In this document: positions 47,583 through 58,782 of the stretch, in pieces
Position numbering within the stretch: the stretch's first letter is position 1
Layout: each line of letters opens with the position of its first letter
NCBI GenBank assembly: GCA_030830865.1
Contig: JAURME010000119.1
Location: forward strand, 10,532 to 74,531
Direction of reading: 5' to 3'
DNA from: Candidatus Nanopelagicales bacterium
GTDB lineage: Bacteria; Actinomycetota; Actinomycetes; S36-B12
DNA length: 64,000 nucleotides
Position numbers and translations under genes: made by a program
Notes under the pieces: model-generated
Told to the model about the DNA's origin: nothing
What the model saw: the letters and a program-made list of their open reading frames with translations, nothing else
Database searches by the model: none

Positions 47583-50500
47583 ACCTCGCAGGTCTGCTGA
47601 CCTGCCTGACGGACGGCGCCGGGCAGGTCACGGCGTTCTCCCGGGTCGCTGCGGAGGCCAGCGCTGGGGTGGGCGCGGACGTCCAGGCTCCTGCCGCCCT
47701 GCATCCGCTCGTCGTCGGCGAGATCACTCGGCGCCGCTCGTCGTCCACACCGGTCATCGTCGTCACCGCGACGGGCCGTGAGGCAGAGGACGTCGCCGCC
47801 GTCGTGCCTGAACTCGTGCCCGGTGCGTCCGTGGCCGTGTTCCCGTCATGGGAGACGCTGCCGCACGAGCGCCTCTCGCCCTCCACGGACACCGTCGGCC
47901 GCCGCGTCGCGATCCTGCACCGTCTCGCGCACCCCGATGCAGCCGATCCGCTGGGCACTCCCATCGATGTGCTCGTCACCTCGGTGCGCGCATTCCTCCA
48001 GCCGGTCGTGCAGGCCGTCGCCGATGTGCTGCCCGTGCGCCTGCAGGTCGAGTCCGAGGCCTCGCTGGACGAGCTTGTGGAGAACCTCGTTGCCCTCGGC
48101 TATGAGCGTGTCGACCTCGTCGAGCGACGCGGGCAGGTCGCCGTGCGCGGCGGCATCCTCGACGTGTTCCCTCCTACCGAGGAGCATCCGCTCCGAGTGG
48201 AGTTCTGGGGGGACACGGTCGAGGAGATTCGCTCCTTCTCCGTCGCCGACCAGCGGTCGTTGGAGGTGGCCGAGCAGGGTCTGTGGGCGCCAGCGGTCCG
48301 CGAACTCCTGCTCACCCCCGAGGTGCGCGAGCGCGCGGCAGCCCTGGCAGCACAGCAGCCGCACTTGGCCGACATGTGCGACAGGTTGGCGGAGGGGATC
48401 ACGGTCGAGGGCATGGAGTCCCTGGCGCCGGTGCTCACCGACGGCATGGTCGTCCCGCTGGAACTGATCGAGGGCGCCGCGACCGTCGTGCTCCTTGAGC
48501 CCGAGCGCATCCGTCGGCGTGCGCACGACGTCGTGCGCACGGCGGACGAGTTCCTCATGGCGTCGTGGCACAACGCCACCGCCGGCAACGCCACCCCGAT
48601 CGATCTGGCGGCGGCGTCCTATCGCGAGCTGTCCGACGTCCGTGACCTTGCCGCCACGCGTGGGGATGCCTGGTGGCGTCTCACCCCTCTCGTCACCGAT
48701 GAGGAACTGGATGACGCGCCGGAGGGCTCGGCGATCCGCATCCCGGGGCACGAGCTCGAGGGCTACCGGGGGGAGTCCGCCCGCGCGGTGGAGGATCTTC
48801 GCACCTGGGCCGCCGCCGGCGGTCGCGTCGTCGTCCTGGCTGAGGGACATGGCTCCGTCCAGCGCATCGTCGAGGAACTCGCCGATGCCGGCGTCCCCGT
48901 GGCGTCGTCCGAGGGCGTCCCCGAACAGCCCGCTCGGGGCGTGGTCGCGGTCAGTCAGGGGCGTCTTCTCCACGGGTTCGTCGTGGACGACGCCGACCTC
49001 ACGGTGCTGACCGAGACGGACATCGTCGGGCAGCGCTCGTCCACTCGCGACATGCGACGGCTCCCGTCGCGACGCAGGCGCACGATCGACCCGTTGAGCC
49101 TGAAGCCCGGCGACTATGTCGTGCACGAGCAGCACGGCGTGGGTCAGTACGTCGACATGGTGCAGCGCACGGTCGGCGGTGCCGAGCGGGAGTACCTCGT
49201 GCTGGAGTACGCGGCGAGCAGGCGAGGGCAGCCGCCGGACCGCCTGTTCGTGCCGACCGACCAGCTCGACCTCATCACCAAGTACGTCGGCGGTGAGGCT
49301 CCGGCCGTTCACCGGCTCGGCGGTGCGGACTGGCAGAAGGCCAAGGGTCGTGCACGCAAGGCCGTCAAGCAGATCGCGGGCGAACTGATCCGGCTCTACG
49401 CCGCGCGCCAGGCGAGCAAGGGCTACGCGTTCGGCATGGACACCCCGTGGCAGCGCGAGCTCGAGGATGCCTTCCCGTACCAGGAGACCCCTGACCAGCT
49501 CGCGTGCATCGACGAGGTCAAGGGCGACATGGAGCGCACGGTGCCCATGGACCGCCTGATCTGCGGTGACGTCGGCTACGGCAAGACTGAGATCGCGGTG
49601 CGCGCCGCGTTCAAGGCCGTGCAGGACGGCAAGCAGGTAGCCGTGCTGGTGCCAACGACCCTGCTGGTGCAACAGCACCTCTCGACGTTCGCGGAGCGAT
49701 TCGCGTCCTTCCCCGTGAAGGTCGCAGCGCTGTCGCGCTTCAGCTCCGAGGCTGAGGCGAAGGAGACCCTGGCCGGGGTCGCCGACGGCACGGTCGACGT
49801 CGTCATCGGCACCCACCGGCTGCTCACCTCGACGGTGCGGTTCAAGGACCTCGGGCTCGTCGTCGTCGACGAGGAGCAGCGCTTCGGCGTCGAGCACAAG
49901 GAGCACCTGAAGGCATTACGGACCAACGTCGACGTCCTCGCCATGTCCGCGACGCCGATCCCGCGCACGCTCGAGATGGCCGTGACCGGCATCCGTGAGA
50001 TGTCCGTCATCCAGACGCCGCCGGAGGAGCGCCACCCGGTGCTGACCTTCGTCGGTCCCTACGACGACAAGCAGATCGCCGCCGCGATCAACCGCGAGCT
50101 GATGCGCGAGGGTCAGGTCTTCTTCGTCCACAACCGCGTGAAGTCGATCGATCGGGCGGCGGCCCGCCTCCGCGAACTCGTACCGGACGCCCGCGTCGCC
50201 GTCGCCCACGGTCAGATGAGCGAGGGCGCCCTGGAGCAGGTCATCCTCGACTTCTGGAACCGCGAGATCGACGTGTTGGTGACGACGACGATCGTCGAGT
50301 CCGGCATCGACATCGCCAACGCCAACACCCTGATCGTCGACCGAGCGGACACCTTCGGCCTGTCCCAGCTGCACCAGCTGCGCGGTCGCGTCGGCCGTGG
50401 TCGGGAGCGCGCCTACGCGTACTTCCTGTACTCCCCCGAGACACCGCTCAACGAGACGGCGCACGAGCGGCTGGCGACGATCGCCCAGCACACCGACCTC

Positions 50501-51163
50501 GGCTCGGGCATGCACATCGCGATGAAGGATCTCGAGATCCGAGGCGCCGGCAACCTTCTCGGCGGGGAGCAGAGCGGTCACATCGCCGACGTCGGCTTCG
50601 ACCTCTACGTCCGCCTGGTCGGCGAGGCGCTCGCCGAGCACCGCAATGAGGGCCCGACCGCTCTCGGCGAGTGCCGCGTCGAACTCCCGATCGACGCCCA
50701 CATTCCAACCGAGTACGTGCCTCACGAGCGGCTGCGTCTCGAGGCCTACAAGCGCCTTGCCGACGCCGCAACCGACGAGCAGGTCTCGGAGGTCGCCGAG
50801 GAGCTCCTCGACCGCTACGGCCCGATGCCGGCTCCGGTGGAGGCGCTGCTCGCGGTGGCCCGGTTCCGGGTGCTGGCGCGCAGCGCTGGCCTCGACGAAG
50901 TCGTTCTCCAGGGGTCGACCGTGCGCTTCCACCCGGTGGAGCTCCCGGAGTCCGGCCAGATGCGCCTCACCCGGCTGTACCCGCGCACGATCATCAAGCC
51001 CGCAGTCCGTACGATCATGGTGCCGCGCCCGGCCACCGCCCCCATGGGCGGCCAGCCGTTGCGCGGCGCCGAGCTGCTGGACTGGGCGGCGGACCTCATC
51101 TCCGCGGTCCTCACCCCGCAGCCCGCAGCAAGCGCCGGATCAGCACAGGAGCAGACGACATGA
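47579..51163 (+). CDS. mfd: transcription-repair coupling factor
   Basis: GTG at 47579 (GTGA overlap) inside track ORF 47405..51163. Walker A GDVGYGKTE, DEEQ box VVDEEQRFG, and a TRG region. Confidence 0.93.
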   Translation: MNLAGLLTCLTDGAGQVTAFSRVAAEASAGVGADVQAPAALHPLVVGEITRRRSSSTPVIVVTATGREAEDVAAVVPELVPGASVAVFPSWETLPHERLSPSTDTVGRRVAILHRLAHPDAADPLGTPIDVLVTSVRAFLQPVVQAVADVLPVRLQVESEASLDELVENLVALGYERVDLVERRGQVAVRGGILDVFPPTEEHPLRVEFWGDTVEEIRSFSVADQRSLEVAEQGLWAPAVRELLLTPEVRERAAALAAQQPHLADMCDRLAEGITVEGMESLAPVLTDGMVVPLELIEGAATVVLLEPERIRRRAHDVVRTADEFLMASWHNATAGNATPIDLAAASYRELSDVRDLAATRGDAWWRLTPLVTDEELDDAPEGSAIRIPGHELEGYRGESARAVEDLRTWAAAGGRVVVLAEGHGSVQRIVEELADAGVPVASSEGVPEQPARGVVAVSQGRLLHGFVVDDADLTVLTETDIVGQRSSTRDMRRLPSRRRRTIDPLSLKPGDYVVHEQHGVGQYVDMVQRTVGGAEREYLVLEYAASRRGQPPDRLFVPTDQLDLITKYVGGEAPAVHRLGGADWQKAKGRARKAVKQIAGELIRLYAARQASKGYAFGMDTPWQRELEDAFPYQETPDQLACIDEVKGDMERTVPMDRLICGDVGYGKTEIAVRAAFKAVQDGKQVAVLVPTTLLVQQHLSTFAERFASFPVKVAALSRFSSEAEAKETLAGVADGTVDVVIGTHRLLTSTVRFKDLGLVVVDEEQRFGVEHKEHLKALRTNVDVLAMSATPIPRTLEMAVTGIREMSVIQTPPEERHPVLTFVGPYDDKQIAAAINRELMREGQVFFVHNRVKSIDRAAARLRELVPDARVAVAHGQMSEGALEQVILDFWNREIDVLVTTTIVESGIDIANANTLIVDRADTFGLSQLHQLRGRVGRGRERAYAYFLYSPETPLNETAHERLATIAQHTDLGSGMHIAMKDLEIRGAGNLLGGEQSGHIADVGFDLYVRLVGEALAEHRNEGPTALGECRVELPIDAHIPTEYVPHERLRLEAYKRLADAATDEQVSEVAEELLDRYGPMPAPVEALLAVARFRVLARSAGLDEVVLQGSTVRFHPVELPESGQMRLTRLYPRTIIKPAVRTIMVPRPATAPMGGQPLRGAELLDWAADLISAVLTPQPAASAGSAQEQTT

Positions 51164-51768
51164 CGCCAGCCCGCCGCATCACCCTCGCGGCCGCCGCCCT
51201 CGCCGCCTCGGCAGCCCTCGTGCTGACCGGGTGCTCGAACCAGGACGCCGGCTCGGCCGCGACGTTCACCGATGGGCGCATCACGGAGGCTGAGCTGAAC
51301 GCCCAGATCGACGAGGTGCTCGCCGCGAAGGGGCAGTCCGGCACGACTGAGGATCCGGGCCTGGTGCAGCAGACGCTCGGGCGGATGATCACCACGCGGC
51401 TGATCGACGAGCTGGCAGAGGATTCCGGCATCACCGTCACCCAGGGGCAGATCGACTCGATGATCGCCAACTACGAGGCGCAGCTCGGGGGCTCGGAGTC
51501 GCTGCGCATCGCCTTCCTTAGCGAGAACGTCGCGCCGTCCCAGATCAACGCCTTCCTGCGCCTGCAGATCCAGGCCCAGGCTCTCGGCATCGAACTCGCT
51601 CCCCGCGGCTCGGCGGAGGAGCAGGGCGCGGCCGTCTACCAGGCGGTGAGTGACTACAGCCAGCAGGTCGACACCACGGTCAGCCCGCGCTTCGGCACGT
51701 GGGACCCGCAGTCGCTGTCCCTCGGCCCAGTGCCGAACGACCTCTCCGTCCCGCCGCTGGTGCAGTAG
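51160..51768 (+). CDS. lipoprotein, SurA N-terminal-domain-like (weak assignment)
   Basis: ATG at 51160 (ATGA overlap with mfd). Lipobox LVLTGC. The helical region resembles the chaperone N-domain only loosely. Confidence 0.6.
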   Translation: MTPARRITLAAAALAASAALVLTGCSNQDAGSAATFTDGRITEAELNAQIDEVLAAKGQSGTTEDPGLVQQTLGRMITTRLIDELAEDSGITVTQGQIDSMIANYEAQLGGSESLRIAFLSENVAPSQINAFLRLQIQAQALGIELAPRGSAEEQGAAVYQAVSDYSQQVDTTVSPRFGTWDPQSLSLGPVPNDLSVPPLVQ

Positions 51769-51787
51769 CGCCGCCCACGCCCTCGCC

Positions 51788-52471
51788 ATGACCGACGAGA
51801 CGGATCCGCGCCCAGGCGAGCGCTTCCTCGACCTCGTCGAGGTCATGGACCGCCTGCGCTCGCCGGGTGGCTGTCCGTGGGACGCCCGGCAGACCCACGA
51901 TTCGCTCGTCGAGTACCTCATCGAGGAGGCCTACGAGACCGTCGAGGCGATCGAGGAGTCGGATCGGGAGCTGCTGCGCGAGGAACTCGGCGACCTTCTT
52001 CTGCAGGTCGTGTTCCATTCGCGGATCGCGCAGGAGGACCTCGACGATCCCTGGACGATCGACGACGTCGCCGACGGCATCATCACCAAGCTGATCCGTC
52101 GCCATCCGCACGTGTTCGGCGACGTCGATGCCGAGACCGCCGCCCAGGTCGAGGCCAACTGGCACGCCATCAAGGCTGAGGAGAAGGGCCGGGAGTCGGT
52201 CACCGACGGCATCCCGTCCGCTTTGCCGGCCCTGGTGCACGCCGGCAAGGTGCTGTCACGCAGCAAGAATCTTGAGGCGCTCCCGGAGCTCCCGGCCGCC
52301 ACCACCGCCACGCGCGCCATGGCTGGTGTCACGGACGATCAGGCGTTCGGTGACCTGCTGCTGGCCCTGGTGTCGGAAGGCCGGGCCCGCGGGCTGGACG
52401 CCGAGACCGCGGTGCGGCTGGCCTCCCGTCGGCGGATCGCGGTGATCCGAGACGCCGAGGGCCTGAGCTGA
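51788..52471 (+). CDS. mazG: nucleoside triphosphate pyrophosphohydrolase MazG
   Basis: ATG at 51788. Motifs CPWDARQTHDSL and EEAYETVEAIE...ELGDLLLQVVFH. Confidence 0.88.
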   Translation: MTDETDPRPGERFLDLVEVMDRLRSPGGCPWDARQTHDSLVEYLIEEAYETVEAIEESDRELLREELGDLLLQVVFHSRIAQEDLDDPWTIDDVADGIITKLIRRHPHVFGDVDAETAAQVEANWHAIKAEEKGRESVTDGIPSALPALVHAGKVLSRSKNLEALPELPAATTATRAMAGVTDDQAFGDLLLALVSEGRARGLDAETAVRLASRRRIAVIRDAEGLS

Positions 52472-53797
<1,326 letters not shown>

Positions 53798-53810
53798 GAC
53801 GACGGTCCGA

Positions 53811-53846
53811 CGCCAGAGGGGCACCCTTCGGTGTGCCCCTCTGGCG
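53811..53846 (+). terminator. intrinsic terminator-like hairpin after eno
   Basis: CGCCAGAGGGGCAC (53811-53824) pairs perfectly with GTGCCCCTCTGGCG (53833-53846), with an 8-nt loop. Confidence 0.6.
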
Positions 53847-53889
53847 TGCCGGCCCCCTCGGTGCCCCGGTGCCGTGACACCATCAGTAC

Positions 53890-54561
53890 GTGAGTGCCCC
53901 CGTGTCCGATGCGCGCCCCGGTCCGCCGGCGCCACCGCCGGGGCCCCCGCGTCCATCGCGACGAAGCAGCTCGATCACCGGCCGGGCGCTCATCCTGGCC
54001 CTTGTCGCCGTGACCCTCTTCTTTTCCCTTGCCGTGCCGGTGCGCCAGTGGTTCGCCCAGCGCGCCGAGATCGCCCAGCTCCGGGCTGACGTCGAGGCGG
54101 CCCGTGATCGCGTGGCGGACCTCCAACTGGAGAAGCTGCGCTGGGACGATCCCGCGTTCGTAGCGGCCGAGGCCCGCCGTCGCCTGCATTTCGTGCTGCC
54201 CGGTGAGGTCGGCTACGTGGCCCTCGGCACCGAGAAGACCGAGGAGGAGATCGCCGCGGAGGCTGCCGGTGAGCAGCCCTGGTACGCGACCCTCTGGGGC
54301 GCTGTGCGTGCCGCTGACGAGGGACCGGTGACCGCAGATTCCGCCCCCCAGGGCGACACTTCCAAGGACGCCACGGACAAGGACGCCACGGACAAGGACG
54401 CCACGGACAAGGCCGACTCCAAGGCCGACTCCACGACCGACGCTGTCAGTGGTGGTACCGCCGAGACCGACACTGCCACAGCCGACGTCACCCCGACCGA
54501 CGCCACCACGGACGGTGCAGGCGAGGGCGACGGTGCGACGCCCGCGCTGCTCGGCGACTGA
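53890..54561 (+). CDS. septum formation initiator family protein (FtsB/DivIC-like)
   Basis: Pro-rich N-terminus, a single TM segment, a coiled coil (RAEIAQLRADVEAARDRVADLQLEKLRW), and a repetitive acidic tail. Conserved position after eno. Confidence 0.75.
   Translation: MSAPVSDARPGPPAPPPGPPRPSRRSSSITGRALILALVAVTLFFSLAVPVRQWFAQRAEIAQLRADVEAARDRVADLQLEKLRWDDPAFVAAEARRRLHFVLPGEVGYVALGTEKTEEEIAAEAAGEQPWYATLWGAVRAADEGPVTADSAPQGDTSKDATDKDATDKDATDKADSKADSTTDAVSGGTAETDTATADVTPTDATTDGAGEGDGATPALLGD
54364..54432 (+). repeat. in-frame tandem repeats in the ftsB-like 3' region
   Basis: AAGGACGCCACGGAC occurs three times (KDATD), followed by AAGGCCGACTCC twice (KADS). Confidence 0.85.
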
Positions 54562-54583
54562 CCGAATACGGCAGGCTTGCAGG

Positions 54584-55105
54584 ATGGATCCTCAGGACGC
54601 GGCGGCTGTCGAGCGCCAACTCGGCCGTGAGTCCCGGGGATCTGCCGAGGTCGCGCACCGCTGTCCGTGCGGTGAGCCGGACGTCGTGGCCACCCCGCCC
54701 CGGCTGCCGGACGGCACCCCGTTCCCGACCCTGTACTACCTGACCTGCCCGCGAGCCGCTGCTGCGATCGGCACGCTGGAGAGCAGCGGTCTCATGCGTG
54801 ACATGGAAGACCGCCTCGCGAGTGATGCGGATCTGGCCGCGGCGTACGGCGCCGCCCACGAGTCCTTCCTCTCCGAGCGCGCCGCGTTGGGGGAGCGCTC
54901 CGGCGTCGGCGAGGTCCCGGAGGTCGGCGGCATCAGCGCCGGCGGGATGCCGACAAGAGTGAAGTGCCTGCACGTGCTCGTGGCCCATGCTCTGGCCGCG
55001 GGGCCCGGCGTGAACCCGCTCGGCGACGAGGCGCTGGCGAGCCTGCCGGAGTGGTGGCGCCCGGTGTCGTGCGCCGATGTAGCCAGACTGGCGGACGGCG
55101 CATGA
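54584..55105 (+). CDS. DUF501 domain protein
   Basis: ATG at 54584. Motifs CPCGEP and LYYLTCP. Conserved position before ppx. Confidence 0.75.
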   Translation: MDPQDAAAVERQLGRESRGSAEVAHRCPCGEPDVVATPPRLPDGTPFPTLYYLTCPRAAAAIGTLESSGLMRDMEDRLASDADLAAAYGAAHESFLSERAALGERSGVGEVPEVGGISAGGMPTRVKCLHVLVAHALAAGPGVNPLGDEALASLPEWWRPVSCADVARLADGA

Positions 55106-56034
55106 GTCTGGCCGCTATCGACTGCGGGACCAACTCCGTGCGCCTGCTCATCGCCGATGTGGACGACGACGGGGTCCTCGACGAGCACGTCCGGATCATG
55201 CGCATCGTCCGCCTCGGCGAGGGCATCGACCGCACTGGGGAGTTCTCACGGGCCGCGCTCGACCGCCTGTTCGCGGCCTTGGACGAGTTCGCCGGGATCA
55301 TGGCCGAGCACGGGGTCGAGCGCACTCGCTTCGTCGCGACCTCGGCCAGCCGGGATGCCCGGAACCGCGACGAGTTCCTCGCCGGGGTCGCCGCGCGCAT
55401 CGGGGTGGAGCCCGAGGTCATCCCCGGAACCGATGAGGCGGCACTGTCCTTCGTCGGCTCCCTGCGTGGCCTTCCCACCGGTGTCGTGACCACCCCGGCG
55501 CTCGTCGTCGACATCGGTGGAGGGTCCACGGAGTTCGTCCTCGGCACCGACGCCCCGGAGTTCGCGGTCAGCGTCGACGTGGGGTGCGTGCGGATGACCG
55601 AGCGACACCTGGCCTCCGATCCGCCCACCGCGGAGGAGGTCGCGGCCACCCGAGCGGACATCCGAGCAGCGGTGGCGCTGGCCGCGCAGACCGTCCCGTT
55701 CGACCGGGCCCGGACCGTCGTGGGCCTGGCCGGATCGGTCACCACGGTGGCCGCCATGGTCCTCGACCTGCCGGAGTATGACGAGGAGATCCTCCACGGG
55801 TCGGTCATCTCGGCGGCGCAGGTCCATGATGTCGCGCAGCGCCTCACGGCCATGACCAAGGCAGAGCGGGCGGCGCTGCCCTACATGCATCCGGGTCGGG
55901 TCGATGTGATCGCGGGAGGGGCGATGGTGCTCGACGAGGTGCTCCGGGCCACCGGCGCCGACGAGGTGGTCGTCTCGGAGACCGACATCCTCGACGGGAT
56001 CGTCTACCGGATGGCATCGTTTACAGCATGGTGA
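55102..56034 (+). CDS. ppx: exopolyphosphatase / guanosine pentaphosphate phosphohydrolase family (Ppx/GppA)
   Basis: ATG at 55102 (ATGA overlap). ASKHA motifs AAIDCGTNSVRLL and VVDIGGGSTE. Confidence 0.85.
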   Translation: MSLAAIDCGTNSVRLLIADVDDDGVLDEHVRIMRIVRLGEGIDRTGEFSRAALDRLFAALDEFAGIMAEHGVERTRFVATSASRDARNRDEFLAGVAARIGVEPEVIPGTDEAALSFVGSLRGLPTGVVTTPALVVDIGGGSTEFVLGTDAPEFAVSVDVGCVRMTERHLASDPPTAEEVAATRADIRAAVALAAQTVPFDRARTVVGLAGSVTTVAAMVLDLPEYDEEILHGSVISAAQVHDVAQRLTAMTKAERAALPYMHPGRVDVIAGGAMVLDEVLRATGADEVVVSETDILDGIVYRMASFTAW

Positions 56035-56122
56035 CCTCCTGATGATCCTTCAGCCTGCAAACTCGCATGTAATCGGTTGACACCGTGTGGCAGGATGCAG
56101 GGATTCCTCGAGAGGAGGACCC

Positions 56123-57133
56123 GTGCCGATCACCATCAAGGACGTCGCCGAGGCCGCAGGCGTCTCCACCGCGACCGTCTCGCGGGCCCTGCGCGGCCTG
56201 CCCAATGTGGACGCTGGCACGCGGGAGCGGATCCGGAAGGTCGCGGACGACCTCGACTACGTGATCTCGCCGAGTGCCTCGCGCCTGGCGAGCGGCCGTA
56301 CCGGCAGCATCGCCGTCGTCACCCCGTACATCGCGCGCTGGTACTTCAGCACCGTGCTCTCCGGAGTGGAGTCGGTGCTGCAGGGAGCTGGCATGGATCT
56401 GCTGCTCATGAGCGTCAGCACGCCGGAGGGCCACCATCGCATGCCGCCTGCTCCACGGCTGCGTCGTCGGGTTGACGGCGTCATCGTGATCGCCCTGTCG
56501 CCGGGCGACCCGCAGTTGAAGGAGGTCCTCGATCTCGGGCTGCCGACCAGTCTCATCGGGCTCACCCACGAGGGCACCCCAAGCGCAACGATCGACGACG
56601 TCGAGGCAGGCCAGACCGCGACCCAGCACCTCATCAACCTCGGGCATGAGCGCATCGGCGTCATCACCGGCGCCCCCGTGGGCTCACCCTTCACCGCGGA
56701 GAACGACCGATACAAGGGATTCCAGACCGCGATGGAGCACGCCGGCCTCGAGATCGACCCGATGCTCGAGTCCTACGGCTACTTCACGATTCCGGGCGGG
56801 GAGCAGGCGATGACGGCGCTGCTCACGCAGCGAAAGCCGCCGACGGCCGTGTTCGCGATGTCGGACGAGATGGCCTTCGGGGCAATGCGGGCCATGCGCA
56901 GCCACGGCCTGACGCCGGGCACCGACATCTCCATCATCGGCGTCGACGGGCATGACATGTCCGAACTTCTCGACCTCACCACGGTGGCGCAGCCGGTGGC
57001 AGATCTCGGCCGCATCGCGGCCGAGGCCCTGCTCCTCGAACTGAGGTCGCCCGACAGCGGTGCGCACCCGGAGGACATCCACCTGCCCACGCGACTGATC
57101 GTGCGCGGATCGACCAAGCCGCATACCCGGTAG
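56123..57133 (+). CDS. LacI-family transcriptional regulator
   Basis: GTG at 56123 after GAGGAGG. HTH ITIKDVAEAAGVSTATVSRALRG, with a periplasmic-binding-fold effector domain. Confidence 0.88.
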   Translation: MPITIKDVAEAAGVSTATVSRALRGLPNVDAGTRERIRKVADDLDYVISPSASRLASGRTGSIAVVTPYIARWYFSTVLSGVESVLQGAGMDLLLMSVSTPEGHHRMPPAPRLRRRVDGVIVIALSPGDPQLKEVLDLGLPTSLIGLTHEGTPSATIDDVEAGQTATQHLINLGHERIGVITGAPVGSPFTAENDRYKGFQTAMEHAGLEIDPMLESYGYFTIPGGEQAMTALLTQRKPPTAVFAMSDEMAFGAMRAMRSHGLTPGTDISIIGVDGHDMSELLDLTTVAQPVADLGRIAAEALLLELRSPDSGAHPEDIHLPTRLIVRGSTKPHTR

Positions 57134-57149
57134 TCACGCGGTCACTGTC

Positions 57150-58778
57150 ATGACGCATCCGTGGTGGCACCGGGCCGCCGTCTATCAGGTCTACCCCCGC
57201 TCGTTCCGGGACACGAACGGCGACGGCACCGGCGACCTCCAGGGCATCATCACCGAACTGCCCTACATCGCGGCCCTGGGCGTCAACGCGATCTGGCTGT
57301 CGCCGTTCTACCGATCACCCCAGCATGACTCGGGGTACGACGTCGCCGACCCCCGCTCGGTCGATCCGATGTATGGCACGTTGGACGACGCCCGGGAGCT
57401 CATCGACCAGGCGCATGCGCGCGGCCTGAAGGTGCTGGTCGATGTGGTCCCGAACCACACGTCCGCCGACCGGGACTGGTTCCAGCAGGCTCTGGCTGCG
57501 GCCCCCGGCAGTCCCGAGCGGGCCCGCTATCACTTCCTCGACGGTCGGGGGCCGGAGGGCGCAGAGCCGCCCACCAACTGGCAGAGCGTGTTCGGTGGCA
57601 TCGCCTGGACCCGGATCACCGAGCCGGACGGCACCCCCGGACAGTGGTACCTGCACCTGTTCGATTCCAGCCAGCCGGATCTCAACTGGGCCAACCGCGA
57701 GGTGCGCGACGACGCTCTTGAGACCCTGCGGTACTGGATGGACATGGGGGCAGACGGCTTCCGCGTCGATGTCGCGCTCGCCATGGCCAAGGACATGACG
57801 TACCCGGACATCGACGATCCGGTGGGCTTCATCCAGTCGATGCGACTCGACATCCCCAAGACCCCGGAGTTCGCCCAGCAGCGGGCCCGCGTGCCGAACT
57901 CCCCGGTCCTCGACCGCGACGAGCTCGTGGAGATCTACCGTGAGTGGCGCGAACTCATGGACTCCTATCCGGGTGACCGCATGGCCGTGGCCGAGGCGTG
58001 GGTGCTTCCCGACCGGGTGGCGAACTACGTCGGTGGCGAGACGCTGCACCAGATCTTCAACTTCGACTTCCTGTCCGTCGCGTGGGACGCCGAGACCATC
58101 GCAGGTGTCGTCGACGAGACCCTCGCCGGCCTGGCTGGGATGCAGGCTCCGCCAACGTGGGCGCTGAGCAACCACGACACCCCCCGCGTCCCGTCACGGC
58201 TCGGCGGGGGAGAGGAGGGCCGTCGGCGGGCCCGCGCGCTGGCCCTCGTGGCGCACGCCCTCCCCGGCGCGGTGTACGTCTATCAGGGTGAGGAGCTCGC
58301 GCTCGAGGACGGTGACCTGCCGGACGCCGCCCGACAGGACCCCGTGTGGTTCCGCACGAACGGCGAGCAGAAGGGCCGCGACGGGTGCCGAGTGCCTCTG
58401 CCCTGGTCCGGGGATGCGCCCCCGTACGGCTTCGGTGCTTCAGTGCCGGAGTCCTTGTGGCTGCCGCAGCCGCGGGACTGGGCCGAGCGCACCGTCAACG
58501 CGCAGCAGGACGATCCGCAGAGCGCCCTGTGGCAGTACCGCGCGATGCTCCGGCTGCGTCACGCCCATCCCGGACTGGCCTCGCCGGAACTCGCACTCGA
58601 CGTCGCCGACGGTGTCCTCACGATCGTCCGGGGCGCCGGCTTCCGCTGCGTCGTCAACACCGGGCCGTCATCGCACTCCACGACCGGTCGCATCCTGGTC
58701 GCTAGTGATCCGTCGGTGACCGTGGAGGGCGACAGCGTCACGCTGCCGCCCTCCACGGGATGCTGGTTGCAGTGCTAG
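57150..58778 (+). CDS. GH13 alpha-glucosidase / oligo-1,6-glucosidase
   Basis: GH13 regions DVVPNHTS, GFRVDVA, VAEAW and SNHD. N-terminus WWHRAAVYQVYPRSF. Confidence 0.9.
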   Translation: MTHPWWHRAAVYQVYPRSFRDTNGDGTGDLQGIITELPYIAALGVNAIWLSPFYRSPQHDSGYDVADPRSVDPMYGTLDDARELIDQAHARGLKVLVDVVPNHTSADRDWFQQALAAAPGSPERARYHFLDGRGPEGAEPPTNWQSVFGGIAWTRITEPDGTPGQWYLHLFDSSQPDLNWANREVRDDALETLRYWMDMGADGFRVDVALAMAKDMTYPDIDDPVGFIQSMRLDIPKTPEFAQQRARVPNSPVLDRDELVEIYREWRELMDSYPGDRMAVAEAWVLPDRVANYVGGETLHQIFNFDFLSVAWDAETIAGVVDETLAGLAGMQAPPTWALSNHDTPRVPSRLGGGEEGRRRARALALVAHALPGAVYVYQGEELALEDGDLPDAARQDPVWFRTNGEQKGRDGCRVPLPWSGDAPPYGFGASVPESLWLPQPRDWAERTVNAQQDDPQSALWQYRAMLRLRHAHPGLASPELALDVADGVLTIVRGAGFRCVVNTGPSSHSTTGRILVASDPSVTVEGDSVTLPPSTGCWLQC

Positions 58779-58782
58779 TCCG

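Noticed and set aside
47846-49906. 686-aa ORF antisense to mfd. Similar long antisense ORFs occur at 868..2313, 9814..10911, 15536..16957, 21438..22724, 43023..44123 and 60093..61991.
   Set aside because: Their translations are Arg/Gly/Asp/His-rich low-complexity sequence with no motifs. Each lies exactly opposite a gene with strong family signatures. Long stop-free antisense frames are an expected artefact of high-GC codon usage.
56068-56082. TGTAATCGGTTGACA upstream of the LacI gene as a LacI-family operator. The related TGTAACGGTTTTCA occurs at 59976-59989.
   Set aside because: Palindromic symmetry is poor (about 10 of 15 and 4 of 7 pairs). The shared CATGTAA(T)CGGTT string is suggestive but too weak to call without comparative data.
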